Shown here piece by piece: positions 37,101 through 47,062 of a stretch of 64,000 nt of DNA. The stretch comes from Glaucostegus cemiculus (Eukaryota). The stretch's first letter is position 1; the number at the start of each line of letters is the position of its first letter. A program made the translations under genes and the position numbers. The notes beneath the pieces are model-generated. The model was given only the letters and a program-made list of their open reading frames with translations. It searched no databases and was not told the DNA's origin. The stretch is taken from NCBI GenBank assembly GCA_976551045.1, contig CDPCPM010000073.1:27218001-27282000 (forward strand). Reading direction: 5' to 3'.

Positions 37101-38884
37101 GAATTCTCGGCCTTAGCTAATTCTTTAGCTTTAGCTCGGGTTACTGCACAAGATGGATAAACGTCTGCGTCATCCTCAGATTCAGTAAAGCTTGGTTTAG
37201 TTGTTAACTGTACCACAGAAACAAATTCTTCACCTGCAAGGTCATTTCCCAATAACAAAGAAACACCCTCCACTGGTAAACTTGGTCGTATCCCTATCTC
37301 AACAGGTCCTTCCACAAACTTTGATTTTAGAAACACCTTGTGCAAAGGCACGAACATGGTATCACCTGTAACACCTCGCACTAGGTTTACCTCACCAGTT
37401 TCAGTTTCCTTACCAAAATTTAAAACACTGTCCAGCAAGAGAGATTGGGAAGCTCCAGTATCTCTAAGGATTTTCACTGGTACCTGGGGTGACCCATCCT
37501 TCAGTGAAACAAAACCTTCTGATACATATGAACGGAATTCCTCCCTCACCTCATCCAGCTTTTCAGTCTTCATCTCTAGCAAGGACTGATCTTTCACAAC
37601 CTCCCCTAAACCTCTTCTATTTCCGGGTTTAATGACTTGACAACAGGCAGTTGGCACAGCTCCCTTTTCTTGCTTTTTCTTCAAAACAGAACAGTCAAAT
37701 TTCATATGGCCAGGCTTCTTACAGTAATAACAAAGACGCTCAGCAGGTTTCTCCAGCACTGGCTTCTTGTCATCCTTCCCTTTCGGATTATCTCCCAATT
37801 TAATCTCTGGTTTACCTGGATTGTCTCTGTAACTCCTTTGAAAGGTTTTAGGTTGTCCCCATCTGTATTTATGGGTTAAAGCATAATCATCTGCCAACCT
37901 AGCAGTTTCTTGTAAAGTGTCCACATTCTTTTCATTTAGGTATGCAGCTATTTCAGCTGGTACACATCTTTTAAAGTCTTCTATTAAAACTAATTCTGTC
38001 AATTTGTTATAATCATCAACTACATCTTTCGCCATACACCATCGTTCAAAACATATTCTCTTTCCATTGGCAAACTCCATGTATGTTTGATCTGAAGTTT
38101 TCTTCAAGTCTCTAAACTTTTGTCTGTACGCTTCTGGTACCAACTCATACACTTTCAAGATTGCTTGTTTTACTTTTTCATAATCAGCTGCCTCCTCCAC
38201 AGACAAAGCAGAATAAGCTTTTTGAGCTTTGCCTTTAATCACACTCTGTAACATAAGAGCCCATCTCCTTTTTGGCCAACTTAAACTCGTAGCAACCTTT
38301 TCAAAATGTTGGAAATACTGTTCAACCTGATCTTCATCAAAAGGAGGGACTAATCTAACCTCCCTACTGGCTGAAAACTCATCATCAGAATCAGAATCTG
38401 AACTCTTTCTCTGCATTCTTAACTGATGTTTCCTTTGTTCCTCCCTCTCTTTATTTTCCAGCTCCATCCTCCTCAAATTCAATCGGTCCTTTTCTAACTC
38501 AGCATCTATCTTTCTTTGTTCTGCTTCAGCCTCAAATTTCAATCGGTCCCTTTCTCTTTCAGATTCCAGTCTCCTTTGCTCTCTTTCAGATTCTAGCTCT
38601 AATTTCTTTTGTTCTATTCTTGCTTGTTCCTTTTCAGCCTCTATCTTTGCTAACTGAATTTGGGCATCAGAAATCACTTGTTCACTGCCAGGAAATTGTT
38701 TTACTACTCCCTCTTCAAACACTTGCATCTTTACATAATGACCAGCTATTATTTTCTGGATATCTGCTTTTTTCATAGATTGTGTTACTGTCGTAAGTTT
38801 TAGCTCTGTAGCAAGAATTAATAATTCAGACTTCTTCATTCTCTGCAATCCACATGGTGTGGGTTTTTTCATAAACGCATCCAT
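34184..38884 (-). CDS. Gag-Pol polyprotein, 1566 aa from first ATG: coiled coil, capsid/SCAN-like, CCHC knuckle, protease, integrase, RT, RNase H
   Basis: Uninterrupted ORF. CYYCKKPGHMKFDC (~37691-37732). LRDTGASQS protease (~37450). HHCC, VDCVGP, SDQGSNF, ERFH and GPF integrase motifs (~35720-36900). RT with YIDD at 34979-34990. RNase H VDAS..EKELL..TDH..ADCLSR at the C-terminus. The ORF-track start at 38911 is a TTG; first ATG is 38884. Confidence 0.96.
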   Translation of the reverse strand: MDAFMKKPTPCGLQRMKKSELLILATELKLTTVTQSMKKADIQKIIAGHYVKMQVFEEGVVKQFPGSEQVISDAQIQLAKIEAEKEQARIEQKKLELESEREQRRLESERERDRLKFEAEAEQRKIDAELEKDRLNLRRMELENKEREEQRKHQLRMQRKSSDSDSDDEFSASREVRLVPPFDEDQVEQYFQHFEKVATSLSWPKRRWALMLQSVIKGKAQKAYSALSVEEAADYEKVKQAILKVYELVPEAYRQKFRDLKKTSDQTYMEFANGKRICFERWCMAKDVVDDYNKLTELVLIEDFKRCVPAEIAAYLNEKNVDTLQETARLADDYALTHKYRWGQPKTFQRSYRDNPGKPEIKLGDNPKGKDDKKPVLEKPAERLCYYCKKPGHMKFDCSVLKKKQEKGAVPTACCQVIKPGNRRGLGEVVKDQSLLEMKTEKLDEVREEFRSYVSEGFVSLKDGSPQVPVKILRDTGASQSLLLDSVLNFGKETETGEVNLVRGVTGDTMFVPLHKVFLKSKFVEGPVEIGIRPSLPVEGVSLLLGNDLAGEEFVSVVQLTTKPSFTESEDDADVYPSCAVTRAKAKELAKAENSTQSEIVPCDSPKQEESYDDLSDTFLSSLEDQSFGSEPEYKDLSLSRKEFMVEQNKDLELTELKEKALSSEEIEKVPVGYYVKDGLLMRKWRPPHVTVNEEWEVIHQVVVPKVYRDEILNLAHSMPLGGHLGVNKTVGKILKQFYWPGLRKDVVMFCRTCHTCQMVGKPNQKPPVAPLKPIPAFGEPFSKVIVDCVGPLPKSKAGNQYLLTIMCTTSRFPEAIPLRNIKAKTVSKALLKFFTFVGLPKEIQSDQGSNFMSNLFRQLIHELGAKQIVSSAYHPESQGALERFHSTLKNMMKTYCFENTKDWDEGIHLLLFAIREAIQESLGFSPFELVFGHQVRGPLELLREQWVNEEVQLSLLDYVQKFKTRLKKVCELAKENLKTSQIRMKEYYDKRAQPRTYAVGQKVLAFFPSQTNPLQSRFEGPFIIESKIGDLNYLLKTPERRKKTQLCHVNMLKPYYERNTVVATVNEVKDPETSVVDNEEGQCRPNIVSARLENQNILENLETKLDHLQDSQKQQMKQLLLKFKNLFPNVPNKTSIISHDVDVEDAKPIKQHPYRMNVDKSKLVDQEIEYMLENDIIRRSSSNWSSPCVIVPKPDGTIRFCTDYRKVNAVTKSDAYPIPRVDDCIDRVGTAKFLTKIDLLKGYWCVPLTERGREISAFATPSGLYEYNVLPFGMKNAPATFQRMINSVIHGLKHTDAYIDDLVTGNDTWEDHIIALERLFERLSKANLTVNLAKSEFGHATVTYLGYVVGQGKLAPVQAKVQVISEFPVPTGIRTVRRFLGMVGYYRKFCKNFADIALPLTNLLKKGVKFVWTDSCQEAFEKLKTILCYYPVLKSPDFEKPFSLAVDASDEAAGAVLLQKSDLDDIDHPVAYFSKKFNEHQKNYSTIEKELLSLVLALQHFNVYVCPTQKPLIIYTDHNPLVFLSRVKNKNRRLLNWSLILQEFDLTIIHVKGKDNVIADCLSRC

Positions 38885-39034
38885 TGCTACTGGTTTCCAC
38901 ACACACGCCAATTAAGAAAATGTATTGGACCAACCCCAATGTCCAAATTCAGACCTCCAGCACCAGTCTTAAGTTTGACTGCAAGCCAAATCTTTGGACT
39001 GGATCCCAGAACGACACTCATTAATCTTGGGAAG

Positions 39035-39052
39035 ATCCCGGACGAGCCCCCA
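39035..39052 (-). other. Primer-binding site for tRNA-Pro
   Basis: Minus strand reads TGGGGGCTCGTCCGGGAT, the 18-nt complement of the tRNA-Pro 3' end (same sequence as the MLV PBS). Confidence 0.95.
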
Positions 39053-39056
39053 ATTT

Positions 39057-39885
39057 TGTTACGAAACCAGCAACAAAAGAAGCACACCAAGTCATACTTC
39101 AGTGTTAAAACTACTTTATTAATAACTACATCCGATAATATGCAAAATAAGAATAAAAAGTTAGTATATTAGTACACAATAAAATGTTAAAATCTTAAAC
39201 TATAACCCCAAAACTACTCGTCGTGTGTGTGCGGCAAGTTCCTAAACTCCCAGTCCAGGAATTAGTTCTTAAAGTTCAGTTCAGTAAGCCGTAAGATGAC
39301 ACGAATAAAGGCTTCTTCACAAGCACTGTCCACCGAAGACAAAATATAGATATAGAGAGAGATTAGAGAGGAATCACGAAATCCGAATGTTCCACTCGAA
39401 ACTCAAACGACACTTCAGGGCTTACTCGGTTGTGACTTTCTCACCCTGAAAACTCCTTAATCGTGACTGTCCATGCAAATACCTGTGTTCTTCTACAGGT
39501 TAGCAGCAAAGTGAATTCCGTCACTTTGTTCCACAGTATCTGCCACTCTGAAGAGCATCCAAAATGTGGTTGTTCATGCAAACACCTGTGTCCTTCTACA
39601 GGTTACCAACAAAGTGAACTCCACTGGACTACTCCAGAAATCCATCCACGGATTTTAGTGACAAACACAGTTACTGTCCTTCATCCAACGACAGAAACAA
39701 AACAAGCTGCCTTCTCTCCTTCTTCTCTCTTTCTTTCTGTCTGTCTGTCTCTCTCTCTCTTATCTTTTTCTTTCTTGCAATGATGTCACCACGTTAGTCT
39801 TATCTTCTGCTGACGTAATACGTTGCACACACACACAATGTCCCATCTAAAAGGGATATTTGCCTAAGTAAGCTACTTCGTAACA
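39057..39885 (-). repeat. 5' LTR
   Basis: 829 bp, TG...CA ends with 9-bp terminal inverted repeat, followed after 4 nt by the PBS on the minus strand. Confidence 0.96.
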
Positions 39886-40094
39886 CCAGTGACGGCAGAG
39901 ACAGAGAAAGCTAATGGAAAATGGAAATAATGCTTTAGAGGAAAAAGACCTCAGTTTAGATCTTCTTCAGATATTCAACAATCTAAATGACACAGGTGAT
40001 TTGAGACAAAATAATATATCTGATGTAATCACAAATTCTATAAAAAGGGACATGAACCAAAGCTCAAATGTGAAGGTAAATAAATTATATTTAA

Positions 40095-40810
40095 ATATCT
40101 TAAATGCTGCTTGTTATATACATTAGTGACTTAAATGTGAATGTATGATTAGTAAGTTTGCAGATGGCACAAAAATTGAGTGTTGTTGATAGTGAGGAGG
40201 GTGGTCTTAGGCTGGCTGCAGGATGATATTGGCCGGTAAACTGGGAGGGAAATGGCAGATGGAATTTAAACCTGATAAGTGTGAGTTGATGAATTTTGGG
40301 AGGACTTGGAAAAAGTATTGAGGAACAGAGACGATGTGTAGAGGTCCACAAATCTCTAAAGGTGGCAGCACAGGTAGAGACAGTGGTGAAGGCAGTATAC
40401 AAGATGCTTGTCATCTTCAGCTAAGGCATAGAGTACAAGAACAGGGAAGTCTTGATACAACTTTCTGAAACGTTGGTTAGGTCATAGCTGGAATATTGTG
40501 TGCAGTTCTGGCAGCCACACTATAGGAAGAACATGATTGCACTGGAAGGGTGCATTGGAGATTCACCTGGATGTTGCTTAGGATGGAATTGGGAGGAGAA
40601 ACTGCATAGGCTGGGAGGGGAACTGATAGAGGTGTAAAAAAAAAATTGCAAGAGGAGATGGTAATAAACTAGTCACTATGGCAAACGTGTCTATGACCAA
40701 AGGGCATAAGTTTAGAAGGTGAAGAGTAAGAGGTTCAGAGGGAATCTGAGGAAGATTTTTTGCATCCAGATGATGGTTGCATTCTGGAACACAACCACCA
40801 TGGTGGAAAC
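40095..40810 (+). mobile_element. CR1 LINE fragment, degenerate
   Basis: Remnants ISKFAD-TK, WQMEFKPDKCE and LEYCVQFW. Confidence 0.8.
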
Positions 40811-43614
40811 ACGTATTCACACAGCATGACCCATCTCTGTGTTGTATGATTTTACCTTGCACATTGATCCATAATAAATTAGCAGCTGACTGAAAACGGA
40901 ACAAGATGCCTGTGCAGGAGGTTTTACAAGCAGAGACGAGGCGAGGCAGTGTTTTGGGAAAGTAGGGGTGATGTATGGTGGTGGACGAGGAGGGTAGAGT
41001 CAAGATTGCAAAAGGTGCCCCCCCTTCTTATCCCTGTGCCCCTCCCCCAGCAAGAAGGAACAATCCACTAAGGAACAACCTTGAAGAATTAGAAGGATTT
41101 GCAGAGGAAGAACACTGGACAAGTAAGCCACAGAGAAAGGTTGATTTAATGCTCAATGTTTCAGGAGAAGGGGAGCCAACAAAGCTCATGAACAAGTGGA
41201 CCAGCTAATCTTTGAAGTTAGTGAGTGAAAAATGGTGACCTAACATGGACAATTATGAGTGAGCCGAAAGGCTTTGGTAACAATTGGAGTGAGGCAATCC
41301 TGAGATTGAACAGAGTGGCAGTGTTTTCCACAGATGGCATTGGCCAACAGAAGAAATGAGAAAGGAACAGAGTCTGTGGTATGGACCAAAAACAATGGGA
41401 CTCAGTCATCACACTGTTAATCTTCGAGGAAATATGATATGTCAGCTGGGAGATAATCATCCTGAAATGGCACACATATGAATGCCAGGATTGGGTGGGT
41501 ATTAATGCTGATAAACACTTATTTGCATTGGTTGAAGTAGATTTCAATGTGGATAGTTTACTAGCTCCCATTCACAAATTCATCAAGTGCAAACAAAAGT
41601 CTTTGCTGTTGAAACATGACTCCTTGAAAAACCAAGGTGTGGAAGGTCACAGCCAAGTATAGTATATTATTCTCAAACTAGCCCAGATTAATTTGATCTG
41701 AAGGTTGGCAGAGAGCTGCAAAATATGTACTGTGGTTACCTCATTTTCACAGCCAATGATTCTTTCATACAACACATCGGCAGTGAGGTCCCAGGCATAT
41801 TAGATGAATACGGTCACCAGCTGTACGATGGCTGTACAGTAGCAGCTGTGTGCTAGATCACTTATGTTATAAGAAATACCAGCAATTCCATAGCAGTTGT
41901 GGTCTGATTAGAAGCAATTCATAATTGATTTTTGTAGGTTTAAGCATGAATACTAATTGCTGCACAGCTAGGGTGCCATTCAACAACCATACTGGAATGT
42001 TGAGAACCTGTGCAAGATTGTTAAGATGAGCTGTGGAACTGTGAGGTAGCACCATTCTTGTCATGAAGCTGTTCTCATGGTACCTGTCCAATCACAGGTA
42101 CATTTTAAACATACAGAAGCAAACATAGTGGCATCAATTCACTTGCCAAATATGAACCATAAATTAAACATTTGAATTAAAAGTTTCTTTAATATTTCTC
42201 TACTACATTACCACAATAGTTACAGCCATTTAATGAAATTGAACAGGCCTTAGATTTTTATCAGATCTTCATGTTCGTACAATTCAATTTATTTTGTACA
42301 GTTACTTTCAATGGTTAAAAACTTAATTGGTAGGAAGCTTGCTTGCTTAACAAGGTGGCCACAAGAATAAGATTTTACAAGATATCTACAAATGGTTCTT
42401 TCAAAATCATTTTTCAAATTTCTTTATTAACTACCTGCGTAATTGCCAGATTGGTTAAGATTAACAGTTTAGTTTGTAACCTTAATTAAATGTGCAATAA
42501 CTATCTTATAGTAACACAAAAGTTCTATCAGAATTACATGCTAATAATTCTCAATACAATGGAGGCAATTTATTATTTCAACATTATCAATAACAAAAAT
42601 ACAAGTGATTCAGTAAGAGTATTGAGATTTGTTGAACATATAGGCTGGTGACTTGCAATGCCTACAGTAACTTTTCATTATTTTATGATAACTAATTAGA
42701 AAGATATTTGGTTATTAGCAAACTGAAATGTGTTTCCTGGTGTTTTACTATTTTTACAGAGATGCTTCTAAGGAATTAAAGATGCTTCTAAGATGCTTCA
42801 AGAATTATACAAACACTATTTTTGGCAGACTAATTCTGTACGATTTTAAAATGAGCATTCTTTTAAAAAGTCTTCTGCAATCCTTTTATTTCAAATTAAA
42901 TGACAGCAGTGTACTGGGTTAACTTGTTCATCAGGACACTGACCTTTACTTGGCAGTTGAGATTAAGCAATTAAAAGCAATAAAAAGTGACAGGAAAGTC
43001 TTCAATGGGGCTAGATGTTGAATAATTGTATGGTAATGAACAGAGTAGGAGGAATGACATCCAGTCAATTATGATGCAGGTCAGTAGCATGACAGAACGG
43101 CAGAACTAGCCCAACAGCTCCCGCTGCTGCTTTCCACGTTTGCTCATCCGACGTTACCTGAAGGTTGGTTTCACAGTTCATTCTGCCTCAGGCCGACAAC
43201 ACGAGAAATATTTCAAATGCGTTACTACACAGTGCATAGAATATTAAAAGGTTCCTCTTTCTTTCTAGGGTTGGGGGCTTATTCATAATAATTAATGTTT
43301 GGTAACAAAACAACGCAAAAAAAGTCATGAAAGATACCTTCTTAAAAAAAAGAATCATCATTGCTACTATTATTTAGACTAGCTCAACGTTTTGAGCTAA
43401 CCTGCGTGCGGACGAATGCAGATATGTGTTTACACCCATCGTGTCTAAGAGGCTAAAGTCAGAGACTATTCTGAGCAATCCTCTACATCAGTCATGCAAA
43501 TGACGATTTCAATTATCACTGAAGATCTTACATTATTCTATAAAGACAATTTGCTCCATAATGTCACAATTATCCAGGGAGCTGATCTTGTCTGGACTAT
43601 TCCAGTAGTCAGTG

Positions 43615-43690
43615 AATAGACAATAGGAGCAGAAGTAGACCTTTCGGCCCTTCGAGTCTACTCCGCCATTTTGAGATCATGGCTGATCAT
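43615..43690 (-). mobile_element. CR1 extreme 3' end
   Basis: ATAGGAGCAGAAGTAGACC..GGCCCTTCGAGTCTACTCCGCCAT is the reverse complement of the CR1 3' hairpin region. Confidence 0.65.
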
Positions 43691-44302
43691 CTTTTAACAT
43701 ACTTTTTTTTAAATAATCTTTTAACATACATTCCCATAACTTATACAGTAAAGCATTTGTTATACTATGCTTCAGGATGTTACTCTCCATGCGAGGTCAA
43801 AAGAACAGGAAAGTAAAATTGCATCTAGTGAAGTAGATTCCAGTGAATATTATCCAGTAAAATTGCCGGTTATTAAAACATACTTTTACAATCCTACTCT
43901 GTGGTAAACGTGGTTTGAGTGTATTTTGTTGTTAGATTGGAAGCCAGTAGTACTGTATGAAATACCAGAACGATTACACTGCTGACAACTTTTACTCGGT
44001 ATTTGCATTACACGGGGACAATGTCGACTGCCAATTCTACAATAGATGCTGGTTTGCATCTGCCGCATCAACAAAATCCATTTGTGAAGGATTTAACCTG
44101 CTGAGTGTGGTTTTTAACAGCTCCAAATATCCTTTAAACTTACCTTGGCCGTAACTGCTGATCTCAGACCTGTCTCACTCCCTGAAACGAACCAAAGGAT
44201 CATCCCACAATGATGATCTACAGGTGCCATCTCCAAGCACCTCTCAACGTACGGAGAACACAGCTTTGCCCCTCCAACAAGGACCAAAGCCATCTTCATT
44301 TA

Positions 44303-44470
44303 AGAGAAACAAAGGACTGCAGACGCTGGAATCTAGATATATATAAAAAAACAACAAAATGCTGGAGGAACTCAGCAGGTCAGGCAGCATCCGTGGAGAA
44401 AAGCAGACGGTCAACGTTTCGGGTCAGTCCTGAAGAAGGGACCTGCCCCGAAACGTTGACCGTCTGCCTT
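44303..44470. mobile_element. Penelope-like terminal fragment with inverted junction and minimal hammerhead motif
   Basis: Minus-strand family copy at 44303-44423. Perfect 21-bp inverted repeat at 44403-44423 and 44447-44467. CTGAAGA..GAAACGTT core at 44430-44457. Confidence 0.7.
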
Positions 44471-46852
44471 ATGACTCAATTTCACTGCACCATTCATAAT
44501 CGCCTCCATTTCCGTCACCAACTTTTGATCCATCTTCATCCACTTCCTGGCAATATCTACCCCTATCCCCATCTCATTCGTCCTGCACATCACGGGCACA
44601 ACTCCCTCCAGCTGTCCCATCACAATGATCCCGTTTCATTTATTCTTCTGATTCAAGCACATGTCACTGGATCCACTGCCGACTTTCTCTGCTCCAGGAT
44701 CTTCCTGTTTTACCTTTCATGACTAAAATCCCAGAACCCTATCTCCACCCCTGCCTTCCTCGTCCTCCCGCACTTCCGTCCCGGGACGAGGCCATCCTCC
44801 GCTCTGGCGCCGCGGGTCCACCCTCTCCGCGTCTGCCGGACTGAGACCCCCGGATTCCCCCTGATCCCCCAGAGAGACCACACCGGCTGGTTCTCTCCGA
44901 GCGCCGCACACACCCGCCGAGTGTTTGCACCTTTGAGACAAGCGCCCCGCCGCCCTCTCTCTCCCTTGGAGAACAAACTGTTGCTTGTTGCTGGTGTGGC
45001 CCCGCTCCGCACCAGCCCGGGGACCCTGTGGCCGGGGTCAGGCGGCCGACGACTCAAGGTAGAAACACCACAGCTTCCTCGCTGGGTTTCAACGCGCCGC
45101 CAGGCTGCCCTTGCGAGGCTACAGCCAGTTCTTATTGCTCTTATATTTCTATTTGTTGCATTTGATACCCTCATACTACCCAACTTTTCAGTTCTGGGTC
45201 GGGTGAGCAGCGCGCTCTTGTTGTAGGAAAACATCCTCACAGACGAGCAGCTCCCCGTAGCAGGATCGGTGGGAATCTGCCTGTTCAACTGCAGCGCGGA
45301 ACCACTGTCACAGACAACCTTCCGACAGCGTCCATCATCGCGCCCACGGACAGAGTAACCCTGTTGATGTTACGTTGCAAGCGCCCCGACAATCTCACAA
45401 ATATATCTCACTCACAGAGAAAAGAAAACTAGACTCCGGTCTCATCCGCAAGTCACGGGGGATTCGTATTTCTTGGGTTTCTTCCGACGTTCCCCTCTCC
45501 CGCGGGGAAGTTACAACGCTTGTTTGGACCCGATGCCGGTATTCTACCGGTATCAGGAGAGCGAGCCGCTAAAGCCTCGCAGTTCCTCTGGTAGGAACTA
45601 CCACTGCCACCCGCTGCGCCGAACCAGGAGTGGAGGAACAGGCAGGGCAGGATTCCTAATCAACCTTGGAAGCTACAATACAGAAGTGGGGGCCACAGTC
45701 CGCGGACCACCGCCAGCATCCCCATCCCAACGGCGGCACCCTCAAGAGGCAAACAACCGAGGTTTCGTCTCGCTATCCCGGAACAAACAGGTCCATTATT
45801 CGGTGCAACTTTTAAGGAAAGTCAATTTCGAGAAATAAAAAAAGGGATCCGGGGGTCGGATCGAACTCGAGCTGGAATTGGACATTTCCAACCGGCTCAG
45901 CCATGGGTTTGCCGCTTGGCATTTAACGCCACGTTTCGCAACTACTTCCCAAACAAGCAAGGCTGTGGCGATTGTACCACAGTAAGATGTACGAATAGCA
46001 CAAGCAGCGCGCAGAGTACATCACACACCTATGCATTTCTGCTTCCCGGATAATCAAACACGAATCGTTCCTACAATTTCTGGCCTTACGATCTCATGTG
46101 ACATTAAATGTGAACAAGCACGCTATATCCATCTGCTGAAGCACACCAGAGCATTCAAGATCCTCAGCAACCATTGCGCTGTGCGGTTCCAGCGCAATAC
46201 ATTCCAAACACAATCTACGTGCTTTTAAATTGCGATGTTACATCCTGGGTCGACTGCCTCAGTGAAACACACTGGCAATGCAAAATCGTAAATCAGAAAC
46301 ATATCGATTCTAAATAGAGAAAACATTAAATCATGAGACGTGACTGCCAAAAAAAACCCCGACACCCTCGCTGAATCTCAATGAATGAGACCGATCTACA
46401 TTGCTTTCAGTGGACTGAATTTCGTGGGGCAAGTGGGAAGACGGAAGCGGCGCTTTCACAAAGATGTTTAAGAGTCGGGGGGTCAGGGCTGATCACTCAC
46501 AGCCGCATTATTTTTTGCTGCTGACGGCGGCGGCTCGCAATTGCTGGCTTTTGTTGCTGCCCGCGCCGACTGGGTGCACTTTCTCCAAGGGGAAAGGGGA
46601 GAGGGATGGGGGGCAGAAAGTACACCACCGAACGGGCAGGGGATGGGAAGCACTGAAGCCTCGGATACCCACATCAGGACCTGACAGTAACTGGGCTGGC
46701 GCATCACACCAGACGCGATCTGCTAACTTCGATGCAGCCAGGGCTGCGGAGTTGTGGAGGTGCAGTGCTACCCCCAGCCCCTTTCCCCCTGAACTCATTC
46801 ATTCACGATGGACTTGGGAAGTTGTGCTGGAGAACGCCGGGCGCGCACATAC

Positions 46853-47062
46853 CAGTCCCTGGCCAGGGAAGGGGAACCCTCTGCCGGGTGCTTCTCGGAC
46901 CTGCCGGGCTCTCTGCTTCTTGTCCTCGCCGCCTTTCTCCTCGCCGTCCAGGCTGCTAAAATTCCACACCAGCAGAGTCTGCACGAACAGCACGGTGAGC
47001 GCCACGATCACGGCGGATTTCGAGCGCCGCGCCAACTTTCGCCCGCACGCCGCGGCCACCAT
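46853..47062 (-). CDS. XYLT1: Xylosyltransferase 1, first coding exon (70 codons: cytoplasmic tail, type II TM helix, start of stem)
   Basis: Translation [39 protein letters not shown] matches the recalled vertebrate XYLT1 N-terminus ([39 protein letters not shown]). ATG at 47062-47060 in context AAAATGG. Phase-0 donor CTG|GTATGT at 46853/46852. Lies in a CpG island. Confidence 0.93.

Larger units (their letters stand above)
33230..39885 (-). mobile_element. Full-length Gmr1-like Ty3/Gypsy LTR retrotransposon (6656 bp)
   Basis: Two 829-bp direct repeats with TGTTACGAA...TTCGTAACA termini. 4-bp TSD CCAG at 33226-33229 and 39886-39889. PBS, PPT and a single intact polyprotein ORF with IN before RT. 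Confidence 0.97.

Noticed and set aside
43150-43200. Donor-like CAG|GTAACG on the minus strand
   Set aside because: No good acceptor or XYLT1-like peptide upstream; likely a cryptic site.
44710-45288. 192-aa minus-strand ORF and neighbouring ORFs
   Set aside because: GC-rich region, no recognisable domain and no convincing splice context.
1-46852. XYLT1 exon 2 or later exons
   Set aside because: No minus-strand segment resembling the downstream XYLT1 peptide with a proper donor was found by eye. A very short exon could have been missed; spliced alignment is needed.
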